DNA of 64,000 bases from Octopus sinensis (GCF_006345805.1 NC_043002.1:3348001-3412000), one strand, 5' to 3'. Counted from the stretch's first letter, positions 37,534 to 51,154 are shown. Numbers and translations: made by a program. The notes: generated by a model from the letters alone, not told the origin.

Positions 37534-39503
37534 CTGTTATCATCTAACCTTATAGGTTCTATAAAGAGAGAAATTCCAATCATTTATCAAATCCCAACAA
37601 CACTTAGTGCACCCCCCCTAACCTGCTGCCCAAATTTATACTTTTGGTCTGTATTTTTCTTTTACTTTCAGCACATTTTACTTTTAATTATGCAAATTAT
37701 TTAATTATGCAAATTATACTGGCTAAAAATTATCTGTAACAGTTTTTTTTTTCACATGTAAAATATTTATATCAACAAATCAGCAAGCTTGGTTTGAGAA
37801 GACTATGCTGACGAGGGCTAATGAATTGGAACCTGTTCATAGTTGTCTCCCTTGCCTGCACACAAACATTGGACTTGCTTTCCTTCAAGCATTTCTTAAT
37901 TACTGAAAATTATCTCCCCCTATCTTTGATTGTTGTTAACAATTGCCACCAGGTTTCTTTCTTTTGATGACTTTTTTTGTGTCTGACGTTCAGTATGCTA
38001 CTTTTTAACTGATTATTTTTCCTATTCATTTACTTTCTATCTTTATTATCCACATCGATGTCATGCTTTCACTTCCTCTATTTTCTCTGGTAATCTCCTT
38101 TTGGATATGACCAGTTCTCTGGCATTCCCTCTGAACAGGTTAACTCAGTTTGATACTCAGATCTGTCTTTTAACTTCTCTGTGAATTCTTAAAAAAAATT
38201 GTTTGTACTTCGTTTTTAAAGAATGTTCTTAAAACTTCATAATTCCCTCTCACCAGTCTTTGACACCTTATTTCTTGTGTTATATATTCCATGTCTGCTT
38301 TGGTTGGAATTAAATTTTATAGAAATCATAACAGCTTCTATGGTATTTCAATTTTTAGACATACACCTTAAAACTTCATGCTCATTTACGGATTGCAGTG
38401 GCTGGTAATCTAATGTTCATGAGTTCAAATCTTGCTGTTGCCATTGTGACTCTTGAATCTACAAAAGTGAAAGCAAATGTTTCTTGCATTTCATGGTCAA
38501 CTTTTGAGAAGAAGAAGAAACATTTATGTACACAAAATTATATATAAGCACTTGTGTACATTATCCCCTCTACTATAGGCACAAGGCCTGGATTTTGTGG
38601 GGAGGGGGACAGCTGATCACATCGACCCCAGTACTCAACTGGTATTTAATTTATTAACCCCGAAAGGTTGAAGGGCAAAGTTGACCTTGGCGGAATTTGA
38701 ACTCAGAAAGTAGCAGTAGAAGAAATAGTATTTCATCCAGCTCGCTGCCTTAACACTTGTATGCATTAAATTACATACTGTGAATGTGCTTAGCTTAGTG
38801 GTTAAGGTATTTGGCTCCCGATTGTAAGGTTGTGGGTTCAATTCCCCCGTGACATGTTTTGTCCCTTGAGCAAGACATTTTATTTCACATTGCTCCAGTC
38901 TGTTCAGTTGGCAAAAAGGGAGCTGTATCTGTAATTCGAAGGGGCCAGCCTTGTCACAGTCTGTATCACACCAAATCTCTTTGGGAACTATGTTAAGGGT
39001 ACACCTGTCTGTGGAGTGCTCAGCCACTTGCATGTTAATTTCGTGTGCAGGCTGTTCTGTTGAATGGACCAACTGGAAGCCTCCTTCTCATTGTAACCGA
39101 CCGAGAGGCAGCACTTACGTTCAGCACTTATGTAAAGAATTTCTTGTTACGTTATATACGTTGGATATAAAAGTATTTATTTTATCCAATGAGTAACAGT
39201 AAATTATTGATACCAGCCACAAGGGAAAGAATATCGATAAAACATTTTAATTACTTAATCATCGTTTATTTCATCCCATGTGCTCCAGCATGGACAAAAT
39301 GGATTCAAAAATATCAGAAGTCTCTCTTACCTGCAACATTTTGATAAAAACAAAGGAGAGATCATTTACTTTCAGTTCTGGACTTGAGTCAAAATAATTT
39401 TCCTTCAAGACATTCCAATAAATAGGACCATTTATTATTTATTCAGTTTTTAATGATATTTCAAATGATAATTACTCATAGCAAATATATTTATTATTTT
39501 TAG

Positions 39504-39615
39504 GAAACACGGAAGTTGAAGTTTTGGTATGTTGATGGTACTGAGTATCTTGACCAAGTTACACGGGCATATGACTTCTTTAAAGAACTCATAAGACCAG
39601 ACGACTTTCCAAGAG
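39504..39615 (+). CDS. Coding exon, 112 nt, phase 0-1: ETRKLKFWYVDGTEYLDQVTRAYDFFKELIRPDDFPR
   Basis: Acceptor ttattatttttag; donor AG|gtaggt; overlaps ORF-track call 39516-39698. Confidence 0.93.
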
Positions 39616-39944
39616 GTAGGTTGGCATTTGCTTATATAATATTCAGCTGTTTGCAGAACGAGACATTCTGTCGGATCGTTCCATTGTTTGTAAGCTGATT
39701 TAAAAAAAAAAATTTCCATTTGTTGTCATTTTATTTAGGAATGTTCCCTGCTTTATAAAAATTACTTGATTTAATATACCTCCATGAAAATAAGCAGGAG
39801 CCACTCTGGAGTTGCTACTAAAAGAGAAAGATTGGTGGTGGGGAATAAGAAAAAATGGTGGTGGGGAATAAGAAAAAAAAACTATGCCAGGATTTTAAAT
39901 TTCAAGTTTCTTTTTTTTTTCTTTAAAACTTGGAGATTCTTTCT

Positions 39945-40327
39945 TTTATTCTTTTACTTGTTTCAGTCATTTGACTGCGGCCATGCTGGAGCACCGTCTT
40001 TAGTCGAGCAAATCGACCCCGGGACTTATTCTTTTGTAAGCCCAGTACTTATTCTATCGGTTTCTTTTGCCGAACCGCTAAGTGACGGGGACGTAAACAC
40101 ACCAGCATCGGTTGTCAAGCGATGTTGGGGGGACAAACACACATACATATATATATACATATATATGACAGGCTTCTTTCAGTTTCCGTCTACCAAATCC
40201 ACTCACAAGGCATTGGTCGGCCCGGGGCTATAGCAGAAGACACTTGTCCAAGATGCCACGCAGTGGGACTGAACCCGCAACCATGTGGTTGGTTAGTAAG
40301 CTACTTACCACACAGCCACTCCTGCGC
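39945..40327 (-). mobile_element. tRNA-headed SINE, same family as 21787
   Basis: Full-length reverse copy 330 nt downstream of exon 39504-39615. Confidence 0.85.
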
Positions 40328-42995
40328 CTTGTGATTAAATTGTGACTAAATACTAAATCCTTTTTGAAATTAAATATTTCAGGAAATAAAACTTTCTATA
40401 AAAAAATATTCCAATAGTTAGTTTGGTGATGGCAGTAAAATGTAGGGCAACAAGTTACTGATGAACCTCTAAGAATAGTTGAAACAGCTTCATCCTATTG
40501 GTCCCTGTTTTAGTGTCCACTCTGAGATTCTATATATTTAATGCGTTTATGTCTGTCTTATGTATCTAGTGAGCATATTATGTACTTTAAACAGAGTACT
40601 ATTCCCATCTCAGTTGGAGAATCTTATCTTGCAAGCTAGTTGGTAACCTCACTGATGCTGGTGCCACATAAAATACACTCAGTCCACTCTGAGTGGTGGT
40701 TGGCGTTGGGAAGGGCATTCAGCTGCAGAAACCATGCCAAGACAGACTGGAATCTGGTGCAGTTCTCTGGTTTGCCAGCTTCTGTTGAACTGTCCAACCC
40801 ATTCCAGCATGGGAAATGAGTGTTAAATAGTGATGATGATGATGAGCAACGATAAACCGGTTTCGTTATGTCTCCTGTAGTAAACTTTAGTGTGAAATTA
40901 CAGATTTGATCCATTGTGGAAGAGTTAAAGTAGTGACCAGAATCTAGAGTTCAAAGTTGCACTGAGTGTATTATTGTGCATTTATTTAGTGATGATACTC
41001 TCATCTATTTTGGCATTGCTGAAGAGGTTTCATAACACTAAAACCTGCACAGAGTGATATCCCTTTCTTTCTAAAACAAATTCAAAGTAAAATTAATCAG
41101 TGACTAATAGTATGCTTTTCTAAGGTGGCAAGCCAACAGAATTGTTACCTGTGCCAGGCAAAATGCTTTGTAGCATTTTGTCATTCTTTATATTCTGAGT
41201 TCAAATTCCGCCAAGGTCAACGTTACCTTTCATCCTTTCAGGGGTTAATAAAATAAGTATCAGTTAAACACTGGGGGTTGATGCAACTGACTTGACCCCT
41301 CCCTGAAATTGCTGGCCTTCTGCCAAAATTTGACACCAATATTATTCTTTTCTCACCTCCATAAATATCTCTTGGTTAATGGAGTCAATACTCTCCACAT
41401 GAAATCCAGGCACTCAGGCGATTGTTAATTAAATGTAATTAAGAAATAATAAATATTTTGATAAAGGGATCGTGGTTTTAAACATAATTACTTCAGTGTA
41501 AACATATTTAATGAAATGATCGATAATTAGTCTTGTGTGTCGTGGTTGTTGCTGGTGCCACACAAATGGCACCCATGAATCGTAGTCATAGTTGCTGACG
41601 GTGCCATATGAATGGCACCTACCTGTGAATTGTAGTTGTGGTTGTTGCTGGTGTCATGTAAACATTACCCGTGTTGGTGGCACGTAAGAGCACCCATTAC
41701 ACTCTTGGCATGGTTAGTGTTAGGAAGGGTATCCATCTGCAAAAACCAGACCAAATCAGACTGGAACCTGGTGCAGCTCTCCAGGGCATCAGCTCCAGTC
41801 TAACCCATACCAGCATGGAGAGCGGACATTAAATGGTGATTAGAAATAATTAGGCTGTGCAAAAACAACTTTAACTTAATGACAGATAATGTTTTAAATC
41901 CTTTGAGCAAATATGGAAGATGATGGCCCTGGACTAAAACTGAAATTATGTCTGGAGCAGTCTCCCTCACTTAGCAAAATGATCGGTCATTAGGTAAGAA
42001 TGTGAATGTGTGGTTAAGAAATTTGCTTCCCAACCACATGGTTTCAGGTTCAGTTCCACTGCAGGGCATCTTAACTAAGTATCCTCTACTATAGCCTTGG
42101 GCTGCCCCAGGCTTGGAGTGGATTTGATTGAGGGAAACCAAGAAGAAGCATGTGTGTGTGTGTGTGTCTGTGTGTGCTTATCTTACATGTCTTTTCCTTT
42201 GTTGCTGATGAACTCCAAATCAAACCTGATTTAGTAGACTTATGATGAAAGACATGCCAACTATGACCATCCTGTCTTTGTAGATAACATCGTCTAGTAT
42301 GTCTTTTGCTTTAAAAAGGAAATAACAGTATGGTGAGGGAGATTTAGCTATTGTTTCTAGTAGGTCCAGCAACCAACCTACAAGAAAAGCCTCTATGGCA
42401 GAAACTTGTAGAGGCTTCATCATTTCTCCCTCTCAGTTGTTTATTTGAAACCTGAGATTGTTCACCAGCCAATATGGTTGAAGGGCATTACTTGATGGGA
42501 TCTTTCCGCAGACCGGGTCCCACATTAATGATGAAGTGAGGTGGAAAAGATATGTCAAGTGAGATTAATCCAGGCATTTGTAGACAAAATCTCCCTCTGA
42601 AGGTGTTTAAAATCTCAAAATGACATACAGGGGAAATAATTCCAATAAGATCAATTGATTGAAGTTATAAACGATGGAAAGTGGAATGGGTTTTGTCTTA
42701 AAAAAACTGAGAAGTGACAGCAACAAACACATTTTGTTGTTGTTGGATGCCTGTCCTTTTAGTGTTGTCAACTGAGTGAAGAAATCTTTCTGGTGAGTTG
42801 GTTAAACTCTGTGAAAACAATGGATGGGAAGCAATGTATCTTCCTGTGGGGAGGATAGGTATTGGAGAATTTGTTTCAGTTGATGTTAAGGCATCTTGGA
42901 TGAGCTGTGAAGGAGAGAAAAGATGCTACCAGGAAATCAGAGGAAGTTGCTGGAAAAGCCAGCCATTGAGTCTGGCTTCGTGGATGAATGAGCAT

Positions 42996-43080
42996 TGAGG
43001 ATGAATAGAAACATTTGGCCCAGAGTGATGAATAGAAACATTTGGCCCAGAGTGATGAATAGAAACATTTGGCCGAGAGT
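42996..43080 (+). repeat. 27-bp tandem repeat, 3 copies
   Basis: gagtgatgaatagaaacatttggccca repeated. Confidence 0.9.
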
Positions 43081-44265
43081 AATAACAGCAATAGAGATAC
43101 TGAAACTGCATCAGTTTCAGTTCTGTACATTGGTGGGTGGCCCCTGGGCAGCTTTGGTGTTGCACTGATAGGAGCTAAAACACCTACAGAACATCTTCAC
43201 TGCCTGCTGAGACACCAACTCCTGCATTCAGAGACAGTAACACCTTCTGCACACAAATATATCAGAGCTTTCAGCAGACTGGTGCCACCAAATCGGCACC
43301 ATTCCAATCTCCCTTATTTTTGTTGTCAGAAACTTTTGATCAACTGATTTTGTTGTAGTTCTATGTTCTTTGTTTATTGTTTTAAAATTTTAAACATTTC
43401 TTGAGGGAGTTTTTCTCTCTTAATTGCATGGATAATCCCAGCCTTTCCAACACTCTATATTACATATGCTATATGACCCTGTAGTAATTAAATTAGTTCA
43501 TATGCCTACTTTAGCCCCCCACATCATTTTTGACAGTTGAAGTTAAATAATATATATTTAATAACCTCGAATTACAATTGAGGCAGAGGTCAGCTTGTTT
43601 TCTTGCTTTTATTTTATCCTATCTTCTTGATAAATAAAACATTTTTGAAATATTTGTGAATAACCTAGAAACTCTCAACTGGAATGCAGCAAAAAGAAAC
43701 ACTCTCTCTCTCTCATATGTCTGTCTGTGTGTCTCTCCCCCCTCCCCCTAGTTGTGGCATCCCTTTGAAGCCTATTAACTACTTCCTGTTCCAGACTTCT
43801 GTTTGTCTTTGACTCTAAATGGTTAATCACTTCTTGACCTTTTCCCATTTCTACCAGGGGGTGGTGGTGGTGCTGGTGGTGAGGGTTTAATTCATCTGAA
43901 CCTCAGAATTTCCCCCTCAAATCTGCTGATTAGGTTTCCTCCTCCTCCTCCTGAAAATGATGACAAACACTATTTACCGTTTCCATTACAAATGTTGCAC
44001 TGTTTTTTCCATGCTATACAATATCCACCATCATCATCATCATCATCATTTTCTGAGCTGGCAGAACCGTTAGCATTCTGAGCAAAATGCTTAGTGGCAT
44101 TCCTTCCATGTTTTCATTCTGAGTTCAAATTCCACTGAGGTCGTCTTTGCCTTTCTTCCTTTCGGGGTCAATAAAATGGGTACCAGTTGCACACTGAGGT
44201 TGATGTAATCAATTTGGCCCCTTCCCCAAAATTTTAGGCCTTGTGCTTATAGTCAGTGGTTAGAG

Positions 44266-44600
44266 AAGGTGCATGGCTCAGTGGTTAGAGCGTCAGACTC
44301 ACAATCATGAGACAGTGAGTTCGATTCTCAGGCCAGGCTGTGTGTTGTGTTCTTGAGCAAGACGCTTTACTTCAGGTTGCTCCAGTTCACTCAGCTGTAG
44401 AAATGAGTTGTGGTGACGTCACAGGTGCCAAGCTGTTTCGGCCCCTTTTGCCTTTCCCTTGGATAACATCAGTGGTGTGGAGAGGGGAGGCCGGCATGCA
44501 TGGGCGACTACTGGTCTTCCATAAACAACCTTGCCTGGACTTGTGCCTCGGAGGGGAACTTTCTAGGTGCAATCTCATGGTCAGTCATGACTGAAAGGGG
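44266..44600 (+). mobile_element. tRNA-headed SINE (gcatggctcagtggttagagcg head)
   Basis: A box tggctcagtggtta, B box gttcgattc, followed by ttgtgttcttgagcaagac core-like segment; no tRNA acceptor stem. Confidence 0.72.
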
Positions 44601-44624
44601 TCTTTATCCTATTCTTATTATTAT

Positions 44625-45005
44625 TACCCAGTAGTCTTATTTTTATAGCGTGCTTTCACTTCACTACCGAGCACAGCTCTGTGTGCCTTGGGTATGTGCT
44701 GTGATTTGTTGTGATGCTCTGATGGTTACTGTATTGAAAGTGTTCTGTGTAGGATGTGTGCAGTGCCCAGTAGTGCAATTTTCTGTATGTTATATGTGTT
44801 TGTAAGTCCTGGTGTTTTTGTTATGTATTTGTCTGAATATTTTTTTATCATACCTAATACGCCTACTATGATAGGAATTGTTTCTGTTTTTAGATTCCAC
44901 ATTCTAGTTACCTCTATTTCCAGGTCTTTGTTTTTGAAAGTTTCTCCATTTCTTTTAGAGACACATTGTCATCTGCTGGTATTGATACATCAATTAGAAA
45001 GCATC
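44625..45005 (-). mobile_element. 3' fragment of a restriction-like-endonuclease non-LTR retrotransposon (R4/R2/NeSL group)
   Basis: Minus strand gives LIDVSIPADDNVSLKEMEKL..KDLEIEVTRMWNLKTETIPIIVG..GMIKK...IQKIALLGTAHIL, the typical RLE C-terminus. Confidence 0.85.
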
Positions 45006-47554
45006 TCTTTTGCTCTAAATATGAGGTTTCAAACTCATTCCTTTTCAGGAATATTTTTCAATCTTTTGTAAAAGTGAGATAACTTGCCACAGCCCTATAT
45101 GGAAATGCTGTCACTGAATATATTGACACTATCAGTTGCAATGGGCAATGTAGCTTGTTTCATGTCTAAATTTGCTGCTGGGGAAATCTCTCTACACAGA
45201 GGTGAAATGAAATGGCCTCAACCGAGCATCAAACCTCAAGTCAGCTGAGTGGTTTGTTATCACAAAATAGCACACACACACACACACAGAATGCTCACTG
45301 CTAACAACAACAACAACATTTGATTTATGGCACAAGGTCTGGGGAAGGCTTTCTACATGGTACCAAGTGTTAAAGAGCACCTGACTCTCACAGACCAGGC
45401 AAGACAACTGTGTGAGTTTGAGCTCCACATAGACTATTCCCCCTTTTGGCTTTCAGTAGAGTGGTCAGTTGGTCACTGTACTTAGCAGTCTTACTAATAA
45501 TGATATGCAGAGCACATGCAATGGGAGAGAAATCAAGATAAAACCCAGGACAGGTGTTCCTACGTATGTTTCTCCTTTGTAGTTAATTGGAACTCAGCAT
45601 TGGATATTCCAAGTGCATTTTGGTGCCTGACCAAAATGGATCATCAAGGGAGCAGTTTATTGCATTCTGCTACAAACCATTGGCAGAGGGTTGTAGAAAA
45701 GGTGTGTGTGAGAGAGAAACCTAAATGGAGAACCCTAATACAGGTTTTCTGACGTCCAGTGTTGGTTAGAAGAAAGAGGAACAATAGAAAGTGATGTTTT
45801 TGCTGTTGTCGTTTAACCATAGGTCAGTTCTAAGCAGGCTGATCTAGGAACAAAACTGCCTTAGCCGTGATTTCGTAGCCTTATTTTCCTCTCAACAGTA
45901 ATTATCAAAGATATTTTAAAAGGTGTCCTGCTTTACATAAGGCTGTAGGTGTTGATTTAAGGGAGATTTTCTTTTCTACTCTAGGCACAAGGCCCGAAAT
46001 TTTGGGGGAGGGGGCCAATCAATTAGATCAACTCCAGTACACCACTGGTACTTAATTTATTGATTCTGAAAGGTTGAAAGGCAAAGTTGACCTCGGAATT
46101 TGAACTCAGATGAAATACTGCTAAGCCTTTCGCCTGGTCTGCTAACATTTCTGCCAGCTCAACGCCTTCGTTATTTTCAAAGTTAATTAAAATAAAAGCA
46201 GAGTAATCTTGACTGAAATTTGCTAACAAAAGTTTTAAAAGCTTTACTATAACACTTTTTCTAATTAACCACGGAAAGAACTTTCTTTCAAATTCTTTAA
46301 AAAAAAAAAACCGTAAATGATCAAAACAATTGAAGTTTGATCCAGAATTGCTTTCTCCATCACAAACCAGCAAATGTCAGTATTTCCAATTCTCATTCAA
46401 ATTATTGACATTTAATATCGTCTGTTTATCATATTTTGTTACATAACATTTTTTTAATGGTACTTGGAGTTAGTTTTCTAAAAAGATAAGAGAATTCTTG
46501 GAGTACATTTAACCTTTTTGTTACCATATTTATCTTGAAATATATTTCCTCTATTTCAGTTCATTTCAAAATACTAAAGAATTTGGTAAAATAGTTTTGT
46601 TATTATTAGACTTGTGTTTAGAACAAAAATTAGTACAAAACTGTGGTGGAAGGTTTTTAATTTAAACCACTTTGAAATTGAGAATTTGTGTCTAAGAATG
46701 AGGGGGTAGTTTCAGGTGGATTACTATGGAAGGGGTTACTAAAGAATTCAAGTATGCTGTGCAGGATATTAAGAGCTTAATTTGGTTGCTTGCCAAAGGG
46801 AAAATCCACCGGAACATTGGCAACCCATTGCACGGAAAATACTGGAAATTATCTAATCTAAAAAGGTTAGGCTTTGAGGTAATACAAGATGGTGATGTGT
46901 GGAGAGAGTTATGTAGATGGATACAGACCCATCATCATCATCATTTAACATCTGCTGGCATGGGTTGGACAGTTTGACCAAAGCTGGAAAGCTGTACCAG
47001 ACTCCAGTCTGATTTGGTTTTTATGGTTGGATGCCCTTCCCAATGCCAACCACTTTACAGAGTGTACTGGGAGCTTTTGTGTGGCACTGCACAATCACTT
47101 CTTTGTGGCACCAGCACTGGACTCTTGCAGACCAATCCTCTCCACCAGGGGGAGCAGTCGTAACACTTCTGCTGTGCAGGACAAACACTTATTGTGTTTT
47201 TGTGTCTGTGTTTGTCCCCCACCCCTATTTGACAACATGTGTTGGTGTGTTTATGTCTCCATAACTTAGCAGTTCAGCAAAATCGACCAATATAATAAGT
47301 ACTAGGCTTAAAAAAAAAAGTAGTGGGGTCAATTCATTCAATTAAAAATTCTTGAAGGCAGTGCCCCAGCATGGCCACTAACTAATAACTGAAACGAGTA
47401 AGAGATTAAAAGATGGCTATGGGCCCAGCTCCACAATGGACCCCCTCCCCCACCAAACTGTTATTAAATCATTGATGTGTGGAGATGATTTATGGAGGTT
47501 GGTGTCGATGCAGCTCTTCTGGCCATTGAACTGTTTTACAACATTCTCTTTCAG

Positions 47555-47674
47555 ATTATGTTGGTTTTATTAAGAAATGCATGAAACAGATGCAGGGACC
47601 CATTTATACTCAGATACGAAGAGTTGAATTGTCTATGCAGCAACTTGATCAAAGTGAAGCACCATTGAGTCCAG
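47555..47674 (+). CDS. Coding exon, 120 nt, phase 1-1: DYVGFIKKCMKQMQGPIYTQIRRVELSMQQLDQSEAPLSP
   Basis: Acceptor attctctttcag; donor CCAG|gtaatc; frame continuous with exon 39504-39615. Confidence 0.92.
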
Positions 47675-49599
47675 GTAATCACAATTATCCAATTAACTCA
47701 CCTGTAATTATTATATCTTATTCTCTGTCAATATTTATTGTATCCAATTTCAGTTTCTTAGAAATATAAGAAAATGTCTTTAACTGTTGTGATTAATTTC
47801 AACAATAAATGATAAAAAAAAGATTTTTTTTTTCTCTCTTGTAACCAATGTCTCAAATTGCATATTTTCCCATTTATCTTGCTTTTAACTCTTCAATAGT
47901 TTCTGGTATTTCTTCTAAATTTTCAGAGATTTATTACAATTATTAATGAACCAAGTTATAAAAATCTGACAAAGATATTTTCACACCTGAAATGTGTTTG
48001 ATCTTCCTTTGATATTTTAAGTATGTTGGACCCCTAATCCTGGGAGATGGTCTTTTTCTCTTCCCCACCTCGTGTCTTTTCCTTCCCCTTATAAATAGTA
48101 TAAATTACCAAATTCCATTTATAGAAGATCTATGAATGACAGCTGAAATACCTGACATAGAGCTGCAGTGGTGCACCTGAGCACTGTAGATAGTAAGTTT
48201 ATTATTAGTAGCAGTCAGTGTGTAAGCCTTTAGATATTTAAGAACTGACCGGGCCTTTCAATGAATGTAATCTGATCTCCATGCCTAGACACTGCTATCC
48301 ACAAGCAAGTTCAAAATACTAAAATAGGTGCAGTGTGCAATCATGCGTGCCAGAGACGTTGTACTTCATCACTGGAGCCATAGCACCTGTTCAATGCGTC
48401 AGCTGACGTGACGTCACATTCCGCTAAACTAGGTTAACCAGTACTTCCTAGAAAGAGCAGCTAAATCTTCTTCAAATGGCAAACGTTTGTCTTGAAAAGG
48501 AAAGGAAACATTTGCTAATGTAGTCCCAGATAGGCAATGCCCAACAAAAAGATTGGACGATCATAGAATCTCTTTAGATCCCAAATTTGCTCAGTGGAAG
48601 GTGAGCTCTATTTGAGGTCCAAAACTTGAGTGCATGGTCACCTCATTGTGAATAAGGAAGTGTTTGGCAGCTCATTGCTTTGAATATTGTGAAGATACAA
48701 ACATTGACAGGTCTTGAGTTCAAGTTTCTACTCCTATTTATAGAAATACTCTCATTATAGTCTAATAATAATAATGAGATATTGTAAAAATCTTGAGACA
48801 ACAAATGAAAGGGGGGGGCTGTGTGCCTAGAAAGGAGAAAATTTAGTAAAATACCTTTGTAGTTATTAAGTTGTTGTTGGGGGACATAAATTAACAATTT
48901 TTGAGGAAGGTTTTTAGATCACTTGAAAACTAGAAGTTTGTATCATAGAATCAGGGGTGGTGGTCTCAGGTGGGTTGGTATGAAAAGGATTAACTAAATT
49001 CAATGATTTGGATTGTTTCCTTTATCGTTTAAACTTCTTAGAGCTGTTAGTTACCATAGAGATATTCTATTTTTATTCCCTGTAATATCTGAGCCTGGAT
49101 TCAAAATTAACAAGAATCTCTGCTAAGTTCAATATAATGAGAGGAAATGTCATTTGGCTTCTCGTTTAGTTCCATTTCGGTTCCGCTTGAACTGACATTG
49201 GATTAAAAGCCTTCCACTTATGACCATTCAGTCTTATTATTACACCTGCTAAATTTAGGACTACATTAAGCTATTTGTTGTGCATGTGTAATTTAAAGGA
49301 GACTTGACTGTTATTTTTAACAAGTCAAACAGTTACTGCTCTCTGTGGTTCCGAACTTGATTTGCTTGTAGCAGAAAGATTGACATCTGCTCGATCAGAA
49401 ATCATTGATCAGAAATTGATCATTTGATCGAAGCAAGAGTTATAAAGCCATTGGAATTATTAATCCTCTTGGTTCCGGTTATTATTTCTACCGTTTAAAG
49501 ATAATACCAACTTTTATATATACAATGCCAAAACATTTCATTCTCTTATGGTAATCTTGAATATTTTTTTTTTCTTGTTTGTGTGTTTTTTCTCTTTAG

Positions 49600-49894
49600 G
49601 TGCAGAATTAAATTAAATGTTGTCATATAATAAATTCAATATATTTTTTTCAATTGATGGAACTTTAAATGTTTTGTGTAAATAATTGCTGTTTATATAA
49701 TAATTCAATATATTTGCTGAATTTACAAAACTTTATAAATGTTCATGTTAATAATTGTTATAATAAGTCAGTATATATTCTTGCAATGATGAAACCTTGT
49801 AAATGTTTTTTGTTAATAATTGCAGCTATTTTAATGCCTTAATTTTGGTTGCTGTCGATTTTATTTTCATCTTTTGATGAATTGATAAAATAAA
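49600..49894 (+). CDS. Candidate alternative terminal exon (GAELN*, stop 49614-49616) with short 3'UTR
   Basis: Strong acceptor (ttttttctctttag); phase-1 reading gives GAELN-TAA; AATAAA at 49629 and 49889. Confidence 0.45.
49626..49825 (+). repeat. Degenerate AT-rich tandem repeat of about 65 bp, 3 copies
   Basis: tataata(a)ttcaatatatt...aaatgtt...taataattg recurs three times. Confidence 0.7.
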
Positions 49895-50087
49895 TTACAA
49901 GTAAAATACTGGATCAAGTCAAATGTTTGTACAAAGAAACCTGAACATTTTCAGAAAATGAATGATATTGAAATTATGATTTTTAAAGTATTTTTTTCTT
50001 TCTTTTTTTTGTTTGTTTGTTTTAAAATCCAAAATTTCATTTTCAGTGTTTCCATACTTACCTATAATATTACTTTTCTTACTCTAG

Positions 50088-50117
50088 AAGTCAAAGTGGA
50101 AACCACTGTGATGCGTG
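50088..50117 (+). CDS. Candidate 30-nt microexon, phase 1-1: EVKVETTVMR
   Basis: tacttttcttactctag|AAGTCAAAGTGGAAACCACTGTGATGCGTG|gtaggt; no stop; TGCATG at 50144. Confidence 0.65.
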
Positions 50118-50688
50118 GTAGGTATTCTCTGTCTCTGACAACCTGCATGACGTTTTGGTTTTCAGTTTTGATTTATTGCCTCTTCTCAATCACATCATTT
50201 TTTCAGATTAAAAAAAAAGAAAATACGATTCATTTCATGTAGTTGTTTTTTTTTTTTTAAACAGATTTGACTCTCAACACTTCATTCTTCATTGGAACTA
50301 ACATCAAACCATTTTAGGTCTTGGTTCCATCAACTCTTTTACTCTAACCTCAATCATCACAAACTAACATGGCTGGCTTAGTCATTGATATTCTTGTGAG
50401 TCTTTATTGTAATTCTCTTGGTAACTATTAATCTTTTTGCTGTTTTAAATACTTTTTCATTTTTTGTCAGTTCAGTTATTCTCGGCTCTTTTTATGGCTC
50501 TATCATTTCACTTACTTTTTATTCAGAATTAAACCTATCTCTAAGCTATTTCTATGGTGGTGAAATACGTCTGTTCGTTTCTATTGATATTTTGCCTAAA
50601 CCCGTTCAGCAAGTATGAGTTTTGTATATTCTTCTGTATTTCACATAAAAAAATTTCTTGATATTTTGTTATAGAAATGTGTCTTTAA

Positions 50689-50909
50689 CCCTTTTGTTAC
50701 TAACCCGGCCAAAACCGGCTCTGGCTCTGTGGTAAAATGTCTTGTTTTCATAGGTTTCGAATTAAAATCTTCCACCAAACCTTAGTCACAATTTACGTTC
50801 CTAACACTAGCTGAATGATGACTAAGTTATTTTACTAAATTCTTTTGTTATATTTAAAGTAATTGAAAGAAACACAGAGCATCTCAAAATAAATACAGTA
50901 ACGAAAGGG
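50689..50909. mobile_element. piggyBac-like MITE
   Basis: TTAA|CCCTTTTGTTAC...GTAACGAAAGGG|TTAA: TIRs plus TTAA target duplication. Confidence 0.85.
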
Positions 50910-50945
50910 TTAAGTATAAATTTATTTATGAGAGAAATGAATATT

Positions 50946-51096
50946 AGGCGCAGGAGTGGCCGTGTGGTAAGTAGCTTGCTAACCAACCATATGGTTCCGG
51001 GTTCAGTCCCACTGCATGGCATCTTGGGCAAGTGTCTTCTGCTATAGCTCCGGGCCGACCAAAGCCTTGGTAGACGGAAACTGAAAGAAGCCTGTC

Positions 51097-51154
<58 letters not shown>

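Noticed and set aside
44266-44340. tRNA gene
   Set aside because: A/B boxes are present but there is no acceptor stem or terminator and it continues into a SINE body; same for 21787, 37533 and 50946.
50265-50618. Further terminal exons (DLTLNTSFFIGTNIKPF* at 50265; ELNLSLSYFYGG... at 50527)
   Set aside because: Acceptor-like sites are common in this T-rich DNA and there is no donor or other support.
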